DNA of 59,501 nucleotides. It comes from a virus. Its lineage: Duplodnaviria; Caudoviricetes. The translations under genes were made by a program, and so were the position numbers. This document shows positions 10,401 through 19,313 of the stretch, one piece after another; positions within the stretch are counted from its first letter, which is position 1, and each line of letters starts with the position of its first letter. The stretch covers positions 1-59,501 of IMG/VR virus record IMGVR_UViG_3300023179_005665; one strand, 5' to 3'. A model generated the notes under the pieces. The model did no database searches. It had not been told where the DNA came from and saw only the letters and a list, made by a program, of their open reading frames with translations.

Positions 10401-10789
10401 ATACTGACCGATATGCCACTACCAGCACTAACATTTTGAACAGGCAATAAACCACTAACAGCACTATTAAAATCTGTTACTTCAGAAACAGTATGACGAT
10501 GTCCTACCGTGCTATAATTACCACTTGGTTGTAATCCAGTAGTATAAATTTTAATTATACCAGAATTTAATGGATCTATAGATATACCTGATGATCCAAC
10601 TATAGTATTATTTAATACAGTTTGAATATTATAGCTAAAGTCATTTGGTAACAAAGCTATATCGTGAGATACTAATATCTCTGATGAATTATTTTGTATA
10701 ATCTCTATTGTTGGAGGATTATCTCCAATAGTAGCTTCTAGCTCTATAAAATTAGAAGATGATTCTACAATCTCTACGCTATAACTCAT
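7457..10789 (-). CDS. Long tail fibre protein
   Basis: Many VTGLQPSGNYSxVGHxHxxSDITNFxSxVSGLLPV repeats; APLNSPALTGIPTAPTA...LDTLNELASALGNDANF tail-fibre motif; ends IDGGSL. Confidence 0.85.
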   Translation of the reverse strand: MSYSVEIVESSSNFIELEATIGDNPPTIEIIQNNSSEILVSHDIALLPNDFSYNIQTVLNNTIVGSSGISIDPLNSGIIKIYTTGLQPSGNYSTVGHRHTVSEVTDFNSAVSGLLPVQNVSAGSGISVSITDKDFQVSVTGQFGLTSEQVDDRVNDLLKSGSYIDLNYNDPNNTLTINVTGLQPSGDYSVVGHIHNIGDVTGLQSALDNKQISGSYAILVNGLIPASQLPSYVDDVLEYSSSGNFPSIGEPGKIYVTLDNNKTYRWGGSSYIEISSSPGSTDSVPEGSINKYYTDARASGAAPVQSVAGRIGIVTLTKNDVGLSNVNNTSDLNKPISLATQSGLDTKASLSHTHGNITNDGRIGSLSGQLVITTTSGLLTVVSGIPSSQITDFTSAVIATAPPTINANLLTTGILPDARLSSNVLLLNTNFGSAVSGLLPVKNITGSGYVNITNTSGIYNISVTGLQPSGNYAKNSDLGSLATKNYIKISDIVSDNLGGNYSDNGSADGFLAQLEANGLTDAIDSFGGIIDNLIICNSLSYQDQGGNIVSPQLSSILPDFDLFRYRSLLPSVIWQPNQDQYIYRRYTYNGRVYQKKSPDGNSGSVFNSGLYVLLGSAENINLSQVSGVGSLASLNNLGNISSSGNIGSVSGLLVTTGPSGLLTTSSGISSNYITNFNNSVSGLLPITNITGNSGIYISTIGTNFNISATGLAYTSGANFNSLSVSGIPVSVSGHYHNYTDIANFASGVQNNLTTTLLAGSFITINYDSVLDTLTISTSGLQPSGNYSTVGHSHIVSDITNFGSGVSGLLPVKNVSGSGYVNISNSNGTYTVSVTGLQPSGNYSLVGHGHLSNDITNFNSSVNSLVSGIYAPLNSPALTGIPTAPTASSGTNTNQIASTAFVRNEISNLVGSAPSTLDTLNELASALGNDANFSTTVTNSLAGKANLNGASFIGAITAPSGNFTTLQQNGIRVSVSGHSHISSDITNFNSSVSGLLPVKNIVGSEYANISNTSGTYTINITGVQPSGDYANSVHSHGNITNSGTIGSTSGVLLSTTSNGLISTISNSLTLGSTTVSIGGTYGSLSGLTSIVGNNINNPTVLTNCIIDGGSL

Positions 10790-11190
10790 GAGTTACAATC
10801 CAATATATTATTGGTTTTACTGAATCGTTTAGTTATATTAATAGTTCCGTATAAAAGTCTTATAGTATATTTGCCACCATCCTCATATAAATCTTGTGGA
10901 CTTTTTAATTCTAGATCATATTTAGCAGACCCGAAATTAATACTATTAGTGTAGTGTGCTGAAAATAATAGCACTATTAACCCATTTGCTTCATCTATAT
11001 AGAATTTATAGTTAGAGTTGGGCGGGTCAGTTGTTAACAGTGTAGTAATTTCGCCAGTATTGGTTGACCATATTATTCGGCCACAATATCCGGTTAGGGG
11101 TACCACATCACCATTATTATCCTTATATTTTAAGCTTAATTTATAGCTACTGCCTTGTTCAATACTAAAATCATACTTACTAGCGGCCAT
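10786..11190 (-). CDS. Virion structural adaptor (BppU-N-like)
   Basis: YDFSIEQGSS...YDLEL...RLLYGxI pattern typical of baseplate/fibre adaptor proteins that precede tail fibres. Confidence 0.6.
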   Translation of the reverse strand: MAASKYDFSIEQGSSYKLSLKYKDNNGDVVPLTGYCGRIIWSTNTGEITTLLTTDPPNSNYKFYIDEANGLIVLLFSAHYTNSINFGSAKYDLELKSPQDLYEDGGKYTIRLLYGTINITKRFSKTNNILDCNS

Positions 11191-11225
11191 AATATCCCCT
11201 TTATACTAGACGGTATGATTATTAA

Positions 11226-11231
11226 TACACC
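11226..11231 (-). promoter_or_regulatory. GGTGTA motif, putative phage-specific (late) promoter element
   Basis: GGTGTA plus AT-rich tract about 36 nt upstream of ATG 11190; the same motif precedes other starts (24515, 26923, 47938, 59286). Confidence 0.45.
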
Positions 11232-12232
11232 TAACTATATTTAGCGTATACAGATCCCAAATCTACGGGAGTTAATGAATATCCTTGACCCGGAGATAAA
11301 CTTTCTATTATAGAATTTACTTGATTATATCTATTTGTAATAAAAGGACCGCCAGATGGTATCCACCAAGCGCATAAAACTACTAGCTCATTATCTATAA
11401 TTAAAAATAAGGGATTTCCACTATCTCCAGTTATTATTGGTTCACTAAAATTAGCAAATTGTCCAGGATAAGGTACGGTTGTTCCGCTCCAAGTATATTG
11501 AAGATTGGGGTCAATATCACTGGCTGACACTAATTGAAACCATATGGTATTAGGAGAGTTGCCACTACTATACAGATCACATCCATTAAATATTTTTACA
11601 ATGGCTTTTTCTTCTTGATCTAAGCCAATAGCATATAATAATGGCATATTTCTAAAACTATTTATTTGAATATTATAATTATCATAAATTGATCCTATAA
11701 TTGAAATATTCATATAATCAGTAAAATTAGGAGGCAAAACTTTAGCTATTTTAATATTAGAAGGAACCTCGCTATCTAAAAGAGCTATAGCAATATCGGT
11801 AGAGTCATAACCATATTGTATAATATTTCGTTTTATAGCATTATTATTTTCGTCAACAAATATGAGAGGAGTTCCGCCGTTGGGTAATATGCTAGTTACA
11901 AAGTGTTTAGCGAACAGTGCATGTTTTTTTGTTATTAATGTTCCTGCTCTTTGCCACCAATTTGCTCCGCTTCTTTGAGCAGGACTAAAACAACTAATAT
12001 TGCTAACTCCATTTAACCAGCAATTAGGATTACGAACCCATATTCCAGCATCTATTGGTCCTCCGTAAGGATTTTGATATGAGTATACATATCTAGTATC
12101 AGGACTTTTCCCAAACAATCTATTAGTTGTTGATATATTAATATGATTAGAAATAATATTTTTATTTATAGAAGTATCTTTAAAAGATATTTTATCTTTT
12201 AAAATTTTATTATTTTTCATATAAAATGGCAT
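11231..12232 (-). CDS. Trypsin-like serine protease in virion module
   Basis: Triad motifs GTLITKKHALFAKHF (His), TDIAIALL (Asp), GDSGNPLF (Ser). Confidence 0.7.
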   Translation of the reverse strand: MPFYMKNNKILKDKISFKDTSINKNIISNHINISTTNRLFGKSPDTRYVYSYQNPYGGPIDAGIWVRNPNCWLNGVSNISCFSPAQRSGANWWQRAGTLITKKHALFAKHFVTSILPNGGTPLIFVDENNNAIKRNIIQYGYDSTDIAIALLDSEVPSNIKIAKVLPPNFTDYMNISIIGSIYDNYNIQINSFRNMPLLYAIGLDQEEKAIVKIFNGCDLYSSGNSPNTIWFQLVSASDIDPNLQYTWSGTTVPYPGQFANFSEPIITGDSGNPLFLIIDNELVVLCAWWIPSGGPFITNRYNQVNSIIESLSPGQGYSLTPVDLGSVYAKYS

Positions 12233-12888
12233 TAGACTACTCCTAATAAACTAGATCCATTAATTCCACGTTTTAGGGGATAAGAGGTTCTATTTTGGAA
12301 TGTTACAGTTCCGCCATATGATGCTCCTGCTGAAGTTGGATAGGCGAAGGAGCTGTGATTGAATGTGGCGTTGCCAAAGATCATGCCGGCATTAAACGAA
12401 TTGTCATTAAATGTAGCATTTCCGTTAATAGTTCCTTCGTTAGTTGAAATATAATTTAATGTTACAGCTCCATTTATAATGGAAGAGGTATATGAATTAT
12501 TGAGTATTGTATTACCATTTAAAGTACCACGATTCCATGACATATTATTAAAAATTGCATAACCATTAACATTAATAGAATAGTTCTCTGAATAGTCATT
12601 AAAAATAGCATCTCCTAAAACCGTGCCGCCACCATCGGTTGATGAACCATTATTAAAAGTTGCTGAATTTGTAGCAATGAATGCGATATAAAAGACACAA
12701 GATTCACAAATTATATTTGCAACAGTGGGTGTGTCTCCCGTGTTGTTATCACACGTTCCACTCAACACAACATCATCTATACTTGTTGGTAAGTTTGTTG
12801 CTGGAATAGTATGTAGACTATCGATCCACCAATTTGATATATTATTCCAATCAGTATCAACCGCCGCGTTGTAATACAGTGTTGCCAT
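12232..12888 (-). CDS. Beta-helix repeat virion protein (paralog of C-terminal third of 12888..14699)
   Basis: TLYYNAAVDTDWNNxxNWWxDSxHTxPATxLPTSIDD, GNATFNDxSxN repeats and RTxYPLxxGIN end shared with neighbour. Confidence 0.7.
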   Translation of the reverse strand: MATLYYNAAVDTDWNNISNWWIDSLHTIPATNLPTSIDDVVLSGTCDNNTGDTPTVANIICESCVFYIAFIATNSATFNNGSSTDGGGTVLGDAIFNDYSENYSINVNGYAIFNNMSWNRGTLNGNTILNNSYTSSIINGAVTLNYISTNEGTINGNATFNDNSFNAGMIFGNATFNHSSFAYPTSAGASYGGTVTFQNRTSYPLKRGINGSSLLGVV

Positions 12889-14699
12889 TATATCATCCCC
12901 AGAATGTTAGAGTTGTTGATTCCGTATCGTAATGGATAGGGTGTGCGAGTTCCAAGAAATATTGTTCCTATTGATGAGTTTACGTCTGTGTATGAGCTGT
13001 CGTTGAATGTGGCGTTGCCGTTCACGTAGCCAGAGTAATTGACCGAACTGTTGTTGAAAATGGCGTTGCCAAGGACAAAGCCATTGTTGTTCGAATATTC
13101 ATTGAATGTCACGTTGCCATTGATAGTGCCAGTGTTGTATGAACTATCGTTGAATGTAACATTGCCTGTAATAGTACCAACATTGACTGAAAAGTTACTG
13201 AATATCGCATTGCCAGATACGGCGATAGTAATAGCTAAAAACAATTCATTCGGAGCATTGAAAGTAAGGTTCACAATAGTCGGCTCGCTACCGCTGTTAG
13301 TAGAACACATTGCAGTCATGATAGCATCATCAATACTCGTTGGTAAACTTGTTGCTGGTACTGTGTGATTGCTGTCCATCCACCAGTTGCCTAGATTATT
13401 CCAATCAGTATCAACAGCGGCGTTATAATAGAGGGTGCGTGGTTGTGGAACTATTTGGCCGTTGAGGTAAGTATTCCCATTCCAACTACCAGACCCGCTA
13501 CTGTCTAATGTTGTTTGTTGACCATTTATGTAATATGTATTATCGCACTCGTTCCAACCACTAAAATTATATGCTGGCGAGCCACTAGCGTATTTAGTAT
13601 TATTCCAACAGCCATCGCCATTTTGGTCAAGCGTGGTTGGCTCGCCGTAAAGGTAATATGTATTATTCCAATAGCCATCACCATTTTGATCAAGAGTTGT
13701 TGCTACCGATAAAATATAAAAAGTTCCAAGCCAATAGCCAGTATTGTTTCCGTTGTCTATTACCGAACCGTTTGAACCATCAAAATTTCCATTCTCAGAA
13801 GGGTCACCTAATCCCTTACTTACAGATATTATCTTAAATGTAGCATATTGAATTGTAACAATACCGCCAGAACCACCATGACTAAAGCCACTATTTCCCC
13901 CATCAGAATATATATTATTACTATTGCTGTTATTTAATGATATAGAACCACCACTACCAGCTGAACCATTATAAATATAACCACCATTAGAATATATATC
14001 TCGTGATGTGCTATTGGTAAGAGTTATGGAGCCGCCATTGCCTGCTTGCATACTAAAGCTATCATTACCATTAGAAATTATATCTCTACTAATACTATTA
14101 ACAAGAGTTACAGAACCTCCAGTGCCTCCAGTATTATCTCCACTAGCGTTGGTATATATATCTTTACAAGTACTATTAATAAGATTTATTGATCCGCCAT
14201 CGCCAAATCCTTCTGTTTTTCCGCCATTAGAATATATATCTTCACTAACAGTATCAGTAAGAGATATTGATCCAGCAGATAAACCATTCTGTCCGGGAGT
14301 TACGTCGCCAGCATTAGCGTATATATCTCCAAGATTAATTGATTTATCGCTAACTACAGATATATTGTTTCCACTTGTACCGGGAGTAATCTCGGTATTA
14401 GTATCATAATCAAAAACCGCATCGATACCATTACCATCTATTCCACCAAGAAAACTTTGAGTTGCCCCAGCACCCCTGACAGCAATCCTGTTAGGCCATT
14501 CGCTAGCATTTGCAACATTAAGATCAACACCTCCAAAGTTACCCGCACCAAAATCTAAAACCTTGTTGCCACTTCCAGCATAAGCAACTTCAAAAGCTTT
14601 CTGAGCAGTTAAAAAAGGAGATCCGATGCTACCGTCTCCAGTAGCATCATTCCCGTTACTTCTTACATAGATTGGCGAATAGCCAGACAAATCTGCCAT
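12888..14699 (-). CDS. Pectin-lyase-like beta-helix virion protein
   Basis: N-terminal IYVRSNGNDATGDGSIGSPFLT (DUF1565-like cap); GGSIxLxNSxSxDIYSNGG repeats; TTLDQNGDGxWNNTxY repeats. Confidence 0.7.
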   Translation of the reverse strand: MADLSGYSPIYVRSNGNDATGDGSIGSPFLTAQKAFEVAYAGSGNKVLDFGAGNFGGVDLNVANASEWPNRIAVRGAGATQSFLGGIDGNGIDAVFDYDTNTEITPGTSGNNISVVSDKSINLGDIYANAGDVTPGQNGLSAGSISLTDTVSEDIYSNGGKTEGFGDGGSINLINSTCKDIYTNASGDNTGGTGGSVTLVNSISRDIISNGNDSFSMQAGNGGSITLTNSTSRDIYSNGGYIYNGSAGSGGSISLNNSNSNNIYSDGGNSGFSHGGSGGIVTIQYATFKIISVSKGLGDPSENGNFDGSNGSVIDNGNNTGYWLGTFYILSVATTLDQNGDGYWNNTYYLYGEPTTLDQNGDGCWNNTKYASGSPAYNFSGWNECDNTYYINGQQTTLDSSGSGSWNGNTYLNGQIVPQPRTLYYNAAVDTDWNNLGNWWMDSNHTVPATSLPTSIDDAIMTAMCSTNSGSEPTIVNLTFNAPNELFLAITIAVSGNAIFSNFSVNVGTITGNVTFNDSSYNTGTINGNVTFNEYSNNNGFVLGNAIFNNSSVNYSGYVNGNATFNDSSYTDVNSSIGTIFLGTRTPYPLRYGINNSNILGMI

Positions 14700-14701
14700 A
14701 G

Positions 14702-14983
14702 TTAATTATTCTTGGTTGGTGGTTCAACATACAATTTTGCCAGTTCAGTTGCGGGATCGCTGCCCAACAACTCCAAAAATCTTGCTTCAGCCTGACTCTG
14801 GGTATAATCACCAACGGCATCATAACTTTCACCTTCCCATAGGGTTAAAGTTTTATAGAACGGAGCAGACTGTGCCTTGCAAACTTTACTTCTTTGAACA
14901 TCAACAACTACTAGTGGTAACTCTGCCACCTTGATAGTTTTATCTTTTACTACTACTTCTAGTGGTGGATCAAATTTAATCAT
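14702..14983 (-). CDS. Hypothetical protein (paralog of 14998..15309)
   Basis: Shared LWEGxxYxxxGDYTQxQxExRxxELLGSxPA. Confidence 0.7.
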   Translation of the reverse strand: MIKFDPPLEVVVKDKTIKVAELPLVVVDVQRSKVCKAQSAPFYKTLTLWEGESYDAVGDYTQSQAEARFLELLGSDPATELAKLYVEPPTKNN

Positions 14984-14997
14984 ATCTATATCCTTAT

Positions 14998-15309
14998 TTA
15001 TCTAGATGGTGGTGCTGGCGGAACAAACAAGCCTTCTAATACCTTGGCTGGTTCACTACCAAGCAACTCATTAACTCTACTCTCAACCTGAGCCTGGGTA
15101 TAATCACCAGCGGTTGTATAAGCATCACCTTCCCAAAGAACTAGTGGTCTTGGACAGGGACGAATTTGGGCCATTACACTCTTACGCTTGTTGTTATCAA
15201 TAATAGTAACATCAAGTTCAGTTAAAGTGATAGGATTAAAGGTCTTAACAGTACCATCAGTTTTAGTAATAGCTGGTGGTGTTACAGTAACTGGGTTAGC
15301 TAAAATCAT
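14998..15309 (-). CDS. Hypothetical protein (paralog of 14702..14983)
   Basis: Shared motif as above; start refined to ATG 15309 behind RBS AAGGAG. Confidence 0.7.
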   Translation of the reverse strand: MILANPVTVTPPAITKTDGTVKTFNPITLTELDVTIIDNNKRKSVMAQIRPCPRPLVLWEGDAYTTAGDYTQAQVESRVNELLGSEPAKVLEGLFVPPAPPSR

Positions 15310-15334
15310 AATTTCTCTCCTTAAGTTTAAATTA

Positions 15335-16441
15335 TTAGTAACCGGGAACAAAAGCAACGATATCCCACTTATCTCGTCCAGAGTGATATGTTGCTGCTAA
15401 TACATCCATTTTATTCGCACTTGTACTCCAAGGTAGTGGAGACGAAGCTGAAGATGGAAGATTAAACTTATTTCCTAGTGTTACAGCTCTATTGCCTGTA
15501 GAGTCTTGAGATATTCTCCAACGAAGAGTTTTACCGTTGACTGGATTTGTTGGGTTAGCCAAAGTAGCATTACCTGTGAGAGTAATATCAGTTATATCAA
15601 TTTCACTAGCATCTACATTAATAGTTCCACTAGTATTACCTAAAACGTTTATATTTGGTAAACTTGATCCCGCAGCAGTAGTTTGAGTTGAACCGTCTGA
15701 AAAAACAATTCCAGCGGGAATTTCTAGATTTCCTTGATTGTTGAAATTCCATTCATACGATGGAGAGCCGAATGTCCAATTAATAGTCTGCTGAACTGGT
15801 CCCTGTGGAAAAACATCAGTTGGACTAATATATAAAATAGGATCTGGACCTGGACTTGGATTAGGATCGATATCGGTAACAGTAACAAAAGTTCCATTAA
15901 CAAAAAATGTGGCGCCAACCGGTGGAAGAGGAGAAAAAGCTTCTATATGACCATCTGGACGAGAGTAATTAATGTATGTTGATCCAGTTTGTACTCCCAA
16001 TCCTCCAGCTTTAATTTGTACTTTATGATCATAATCTGTTACTTTAACATGAGCTTGCTCACCTCCCACTATCAATTCAGCATCACTACCATCCTGAGTT
16101 CCACCGGCTCTTAAATGAATATGATTAGGGGCTGTTGGATCAATAATTAAGTATTGGTCATTATTATATAAAGTATTATCTGGAACAAGCTCAATAGTTC
16201 CCTTATTACTACCATCTCCAGAACCAGTACCACTGCCGATAATTTTTATACTATCAAATGTAATATCTCCGGTATCCGCAGTTCCAGAAACTCCTCCTCC
16301 ACCAATAGCATTTGCAATTTGACTTAAACTAATTTTCTTAGTAATTCCACCATTAGATGGATCGTCCATAAATAAGAAAACATCATCATTACTTAAACTA
16401 CCGCTACCTTCTGGAAATTGATTTATTCTTTTAATACTCAT
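15335..16441 (-). CDS. Tail-fibre-like virion protein
   Basis: IKRINQFPE N-terminus, GIVFSDGSTQTTA motif, C-terminal TLTGNATLANPTN...QDSTGNR domain common in phage fibres. Confidence 0.65.
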   Translation of the reverse strand: MSIKRINQFPEGSGSLSNDDVFLFMDDPSNGGITKKISLSQIANAIGGGGVSGTADTGDITFDSIKIIGSGTGSGDGSNKGTIELVPDNTLYNNDQYLIIDPTAPNHIHLRAGGTQDGSDAELIVGGEQAHVKVTDYDHKVQIKAGGLGVQTGSTYINYSRPDGHIEAFSPLPPVGATFFVNGTFVTVTDIDPNPSPGPDPILYISPTDVFPQGPVQQTINWTFGSPSYEWNFNNQGNLEIPAGIVFSDGSTQTTAAGSSLPNINVLGNTSGTINVDASEIDITDITLTGNATLANPTNPVNGKTLRWRISQDSTGNRAVTLGNKFNLPSSASSPLPWSTSANKMDVLAATYHSGRDKWDIVAFVPGY

Positions 16442-16662
16442 TATGCACCTACTATGGTTTGGCCACCAATCAATTGTACAAAGATGCCGTTATAGAATCT
16501 ATTCCCATATTTGCTTTGAATATCTTGTATCAATGGATAGTTTTGAGTGTATGTATTCAATGTGTTATAATTACCATGAAAGGTAGTAGAAATAACACAG
16601 GAACCATTTTTAATGGGATTATTACTATTAGCTTGTATAATATCTGTATATGGTCTGGGCAT
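16441..16662 (-). CDS. Hypothetical protein
   Basis: 73-aa ORF with RBS GGAG, coupled to next gene. Confidence 0.55.
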   Translation of the reverse strand: MPRPYTDIIQANSNNPIKNGSCVISTTFHGNYNTLNTYTQNYPLIQDIQSKYGNRFYNGIFVQLIGGQTIVGA

Positions 16663-16675
16663 GATTTACTCCAAT

Positions 16676-16918
16676 TTAAAGTATGATTTGTGAACTATTT
16701 AAAATCAGATTATTATCTTGATCTAGTATCTCTATCTTAGATACACCGTTTATTTCTTGCAGATATTCAACGAGTTTTTTAGGAGTATCTAATGTGTTGA
16801 TTATTAATAAATTATCGTTAATATGAGCAATATCTACTGATATATGATCTAAGCCATATAGTTTTATTAAATAATTATTTATTGTTAATTCATATGCTAA
16901 AATAAAAGAATCCGACAT
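16676..16918 (-). CDS. Hypothetical protein
   Basis: 80-aa ORF with RBS AAGGAG. Confidence 0.55.
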   Translation of the reverse strand: MSDSFILAYELTINNYLIKLYGLDHISVDIAHINDNLLIINTLDTPKKLVEYLQEINGVSKIEILDQDNNLILNSSQIIL

Positions 16919-16947
16919 TGTATAAATACTCCTTAAATAATTAACTT

Positions 16948-18288
16948 TTAGGTGGTAATGCCATTTCCTTGACTATCTAGAGATACGCATGATGGTGCAA
17001 TGTTGCTCTGTGTTGCAAACAACCAGTATCCGCTATTCGTCCCATTTCCTTTATAGAAAGCGGCTTTATACCATTCGTTTTCTGAACACAAAAAGAATAA
17101 AGCGTTATTGGATCTAGAAGGATTATTTTGACTCATATTATATGCTCCAGTTTCTGTAGTAGAAGCATCTTGTAAACCACTAGGTTTACCATTATGTAGC
17201 CAATTACAATATCTAGCACAACTATTCCATGTTACTAAATTTACTGGTTTATTAGCCATGTTTGTTTTAGCAGAGTATGTATAATTTCCAACAGATCCTG
17301 ACCTATTGATTCCGCCATATGGTGAAAAATACATATTATTTACATACAATCCATGAGTATCTGTTTTAGCTACTGCATTTAAAAATTCTATATATTCTTG
17401 ATTAGTAACTTCATATGTTCCTATATAATATAGATATGAAACACTACCATATCCAGTAGTATCACTACTATTGTTTATATCTCCAACAGGCAATAAATTG
17501 GTATATATATTAGATGATTGTATTGCGGCAACTCTCATACCTATATATTCGCTATATGACGAAGCAGATGTATAGTTTCGATAAGAAGAACTCAGATAAG
17601 CAGCATCATAAGCTAGATTACCACCTCTAAAAACTCTAGAGTCTGAACCTACTAAGCCCTCCGTCCATTCCCAAACATTACCAGCAAAATCATAGGCTCC
17701 ATAATAGCTTGGTTTACCATTAGTACCAACTGTTGAAACATTACCTCCGCAATTATTATAGTTTGCAGTATTAGAAACTAATACTATTGCTTTAGAAGGT
17801 GTGATAGTAGGAGTAATTGAGGGCGTTAATGTTGATGTTGCGGTTACTGTTGGCGTGATTGATGTAGTAACTGATGGAGTAATAGTATTGGTCACTGATG
17901 GCGTTGGAGAAACTAGTGAAGAAGTCGGTGTTTGAGTTAAAGACGTAGTAATAGATGGAGTAATGGTATTGGTTACTGTTGGTGTGGGTGTTATTGGAGA
18001 AGTTGTTGGAGTCGGAGTAACTGGAGTTATAGTAGGTGTTGGTGTTAGTGATTGTGTTGGAGTAGGAGATAAAGGCACATATACTAGAGGGTCTGATAGC
18101 CATAGATTATATTCTATGTCGTTGTTAATAAATTTATTACTATATTTTAAATCTATATTATTGATATTAGCAATAGATCCATTGTATTCTCTATGATAGG
18201 TACTATTTTTATTACCAACACTAACAGAAATAGATAACCTATTATTTACAGGTTGTCCACTAATTGCGCTATAAATAATAGGTGACAT
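16948..18288 (-). CDS. Pro/Thr-linker protein with circularly permuted FGE-sulfatase (C-type lectin fold) domain
   Basis: Motifs GNVWEW, RGG, IGMRVA, IGTYEVTN, KPVNLVTW and SENEWYKAA are all present but in permuted order; long TPT linker. Confidence 0.8.
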   Translation of the reverse strand: MSPIIYSAISGQPVNNRLSISVSVGNKNSTYHREYNGSIANINNIDLKYSNKFINNDIEYNLWLSDPLVYVPLSPTPTQSLTPTPTITPVTPTPTTSPITPTPTVTNTITPSITTSLTQTPTSSLVSPTPSVTNTITPSVTTSITPTVTATSTLTPSITPTITPSKAIVLVSNTANYNNCGGNVSTVGTNGKPSYYGAYDFAGNVWEWTEGLVGSDSRVFRGGNLAYDAAYLSSSYRNYTSASSYSEYIGMRVAAIQSSNIYTNLLPVGDINNSSDTTGYGSVSYLYYIGTYEVTNQEYIEFLNAVAKTDTHGLYVNNMYFSPYGGINRSGSVGNYTYSAKTNMANKPVNLVTWNSCARYCNWLHNGKPSGLQDASTTETGAYNMSQNNPSRSNNALFFLCSENEWYKAAFYKGNGTNSGYWLFATQSNIAPSCVSLDSQGNGITT

Positions 18289-18301
18289 AGTATTTATTTT
18301 T

Positions 18302-18619
18302 CTATTTTTCTATACGATCTTCTAATGCTTCTAAAGTTTTACTAAGCATAGCGATCTGAATTTTAAGTTCATTCATCACTTCTGTATTTCTTTGTAAAGC
18401 ATTGGCAAACGCAGCTTGAGTTTCTTTATTTGTTGCTAGTCTTTCCATAATAAATTGACGATCATGCAAATATGGACTTTGTGTTTCTATCATATGAGAT
18501 ACCTCTGCTTTAGTCGCCATATTTCTGCCTATAGCGACCCAAAACCCTACCATAGTTACTATAATTCCTATACTCGTTGTGGCAATATTTTCCCAGAAAT
18601 GTATGATAGTATCACTCAT
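18302..18619 (-). CDS. Membrane protein with coiled coil (holin-like)
   Basis: One hydrophobic segment (IGIIVTMVGFWVAIG) then heptad-rich tail; start refined to 18619, downstream of the terminator. Confidence 0.55.
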   Translation of the reverse strand: MSDTIIHFWENIATTSIGIIVTMVGFWVAIGRNMATKAEVSHMIETQSPYLHDRQFIMERLATNKETQAAFANALQRNTEVMNELKIQIAMLSKTLEALEDRIEK

Positions 18620-18641
18620 ATTATTCTTTCTATATAAATTA

Positions 18642-18679
18642 AATAAGCCAACGACACTTTTATGCATCATTGGCTTATT
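18642..18679 (-). terminator. Intrinsic terminator-like hairpin
   Basis: AAGCCAAUGAUGC-AUAAA-GUGUCGUUGGCUU 13-bp stem followed by AUUUAAUUU, just after the stop of 18706..19248. Confidence 0.65.
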
Positions 18680-18705
18680 ATGTCGTTAATTGTAATAAAA
18701 CTAAA

Positions 18706-19248
18706 TTAGTGCTTTTCTTTATAGCTCGTTACAACTGGAGTTGATTTACCCAACATGTATGTTAAACGACCAGGAACTAATGTTGTGGGGTTAGCAGCAA
18801 CGTCGTTACCAAAACTATCTGTGGGTGATAAAACAGAACCGTTAGCATACTTACCAGTATACAAATTAAAATTACCAGCCCTGAAAGCTGTGGCAGTTTT
18901 ATTTGTTACGACTGATTCTAGTTTATTGATACTACGAGTAACAGTATCGCCAGTATCGGTAATAGCAGTTGACGCTACACCTGCAAGTTCTGTTGTGACT
19001 CTAGCAGCAATTGGCTTGATATGCTGATGAGCAAAAACTCCACCACTTACGGCCTTGGTATTGCCTACAACAGCACTTTCTACAACTACTGAACCAAATA
19101 CTCCAACATTAGAGCCTTTTGGATTTTGCTTTGAAACTACCGAAGAATTAGATCCTCCAGCAATAATCGAACCGCCATTATTTTTAGTTGATGTACCTTG
19201 AAAATAATTTCCGGTTGTATCGCTAAGGTTTTGTTGAATTGTGGCCAT
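18706..19248 (-). CDS. Probable abundant structural protein
   Basis: Small-residue-rich ORF with RBS GGAG, own upstream GGGGTA motif (19294-19299) and downstream terminator. Confidence 0.55.
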   Translation of the reverse strand: MATIQQNLSDTTGNYFQGTSTKNNGGSIIAGGSNSSVVSKQNPKGSNVGVFGSVVVESAVVGNTKAVSGGVFAHQHIKPIAARVTTELAGVASTAITDTGDTVTRSINKLESVVTNKTATAFRAGNFNLYTGKYANGSVLSPTDSFGNDVAANPTTLVPGRLTYMLGKSTPVVTSYKEKH

Positions 19249-19313
19249 ATTACTCTCCATTATTGTAAATAAAGATGACTAGTCAACAAAATATACCCCA
19301 AATATGTATAAAA

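Noticed and set aside
17790-18070. CRISPR-like or tandem DNA repeat
   Set aside because: Degenerate codons of a Thr/Pro linker; no constant repeat-spacer pattern here or elsewhere in the window
3925-18288. Diversity-generating retroelement suggested by Mtd_N and FGE/CLec domains
   Set aside because: No reverse transcriptase and no template/variable repeat pair differing at adenines was seen in the window
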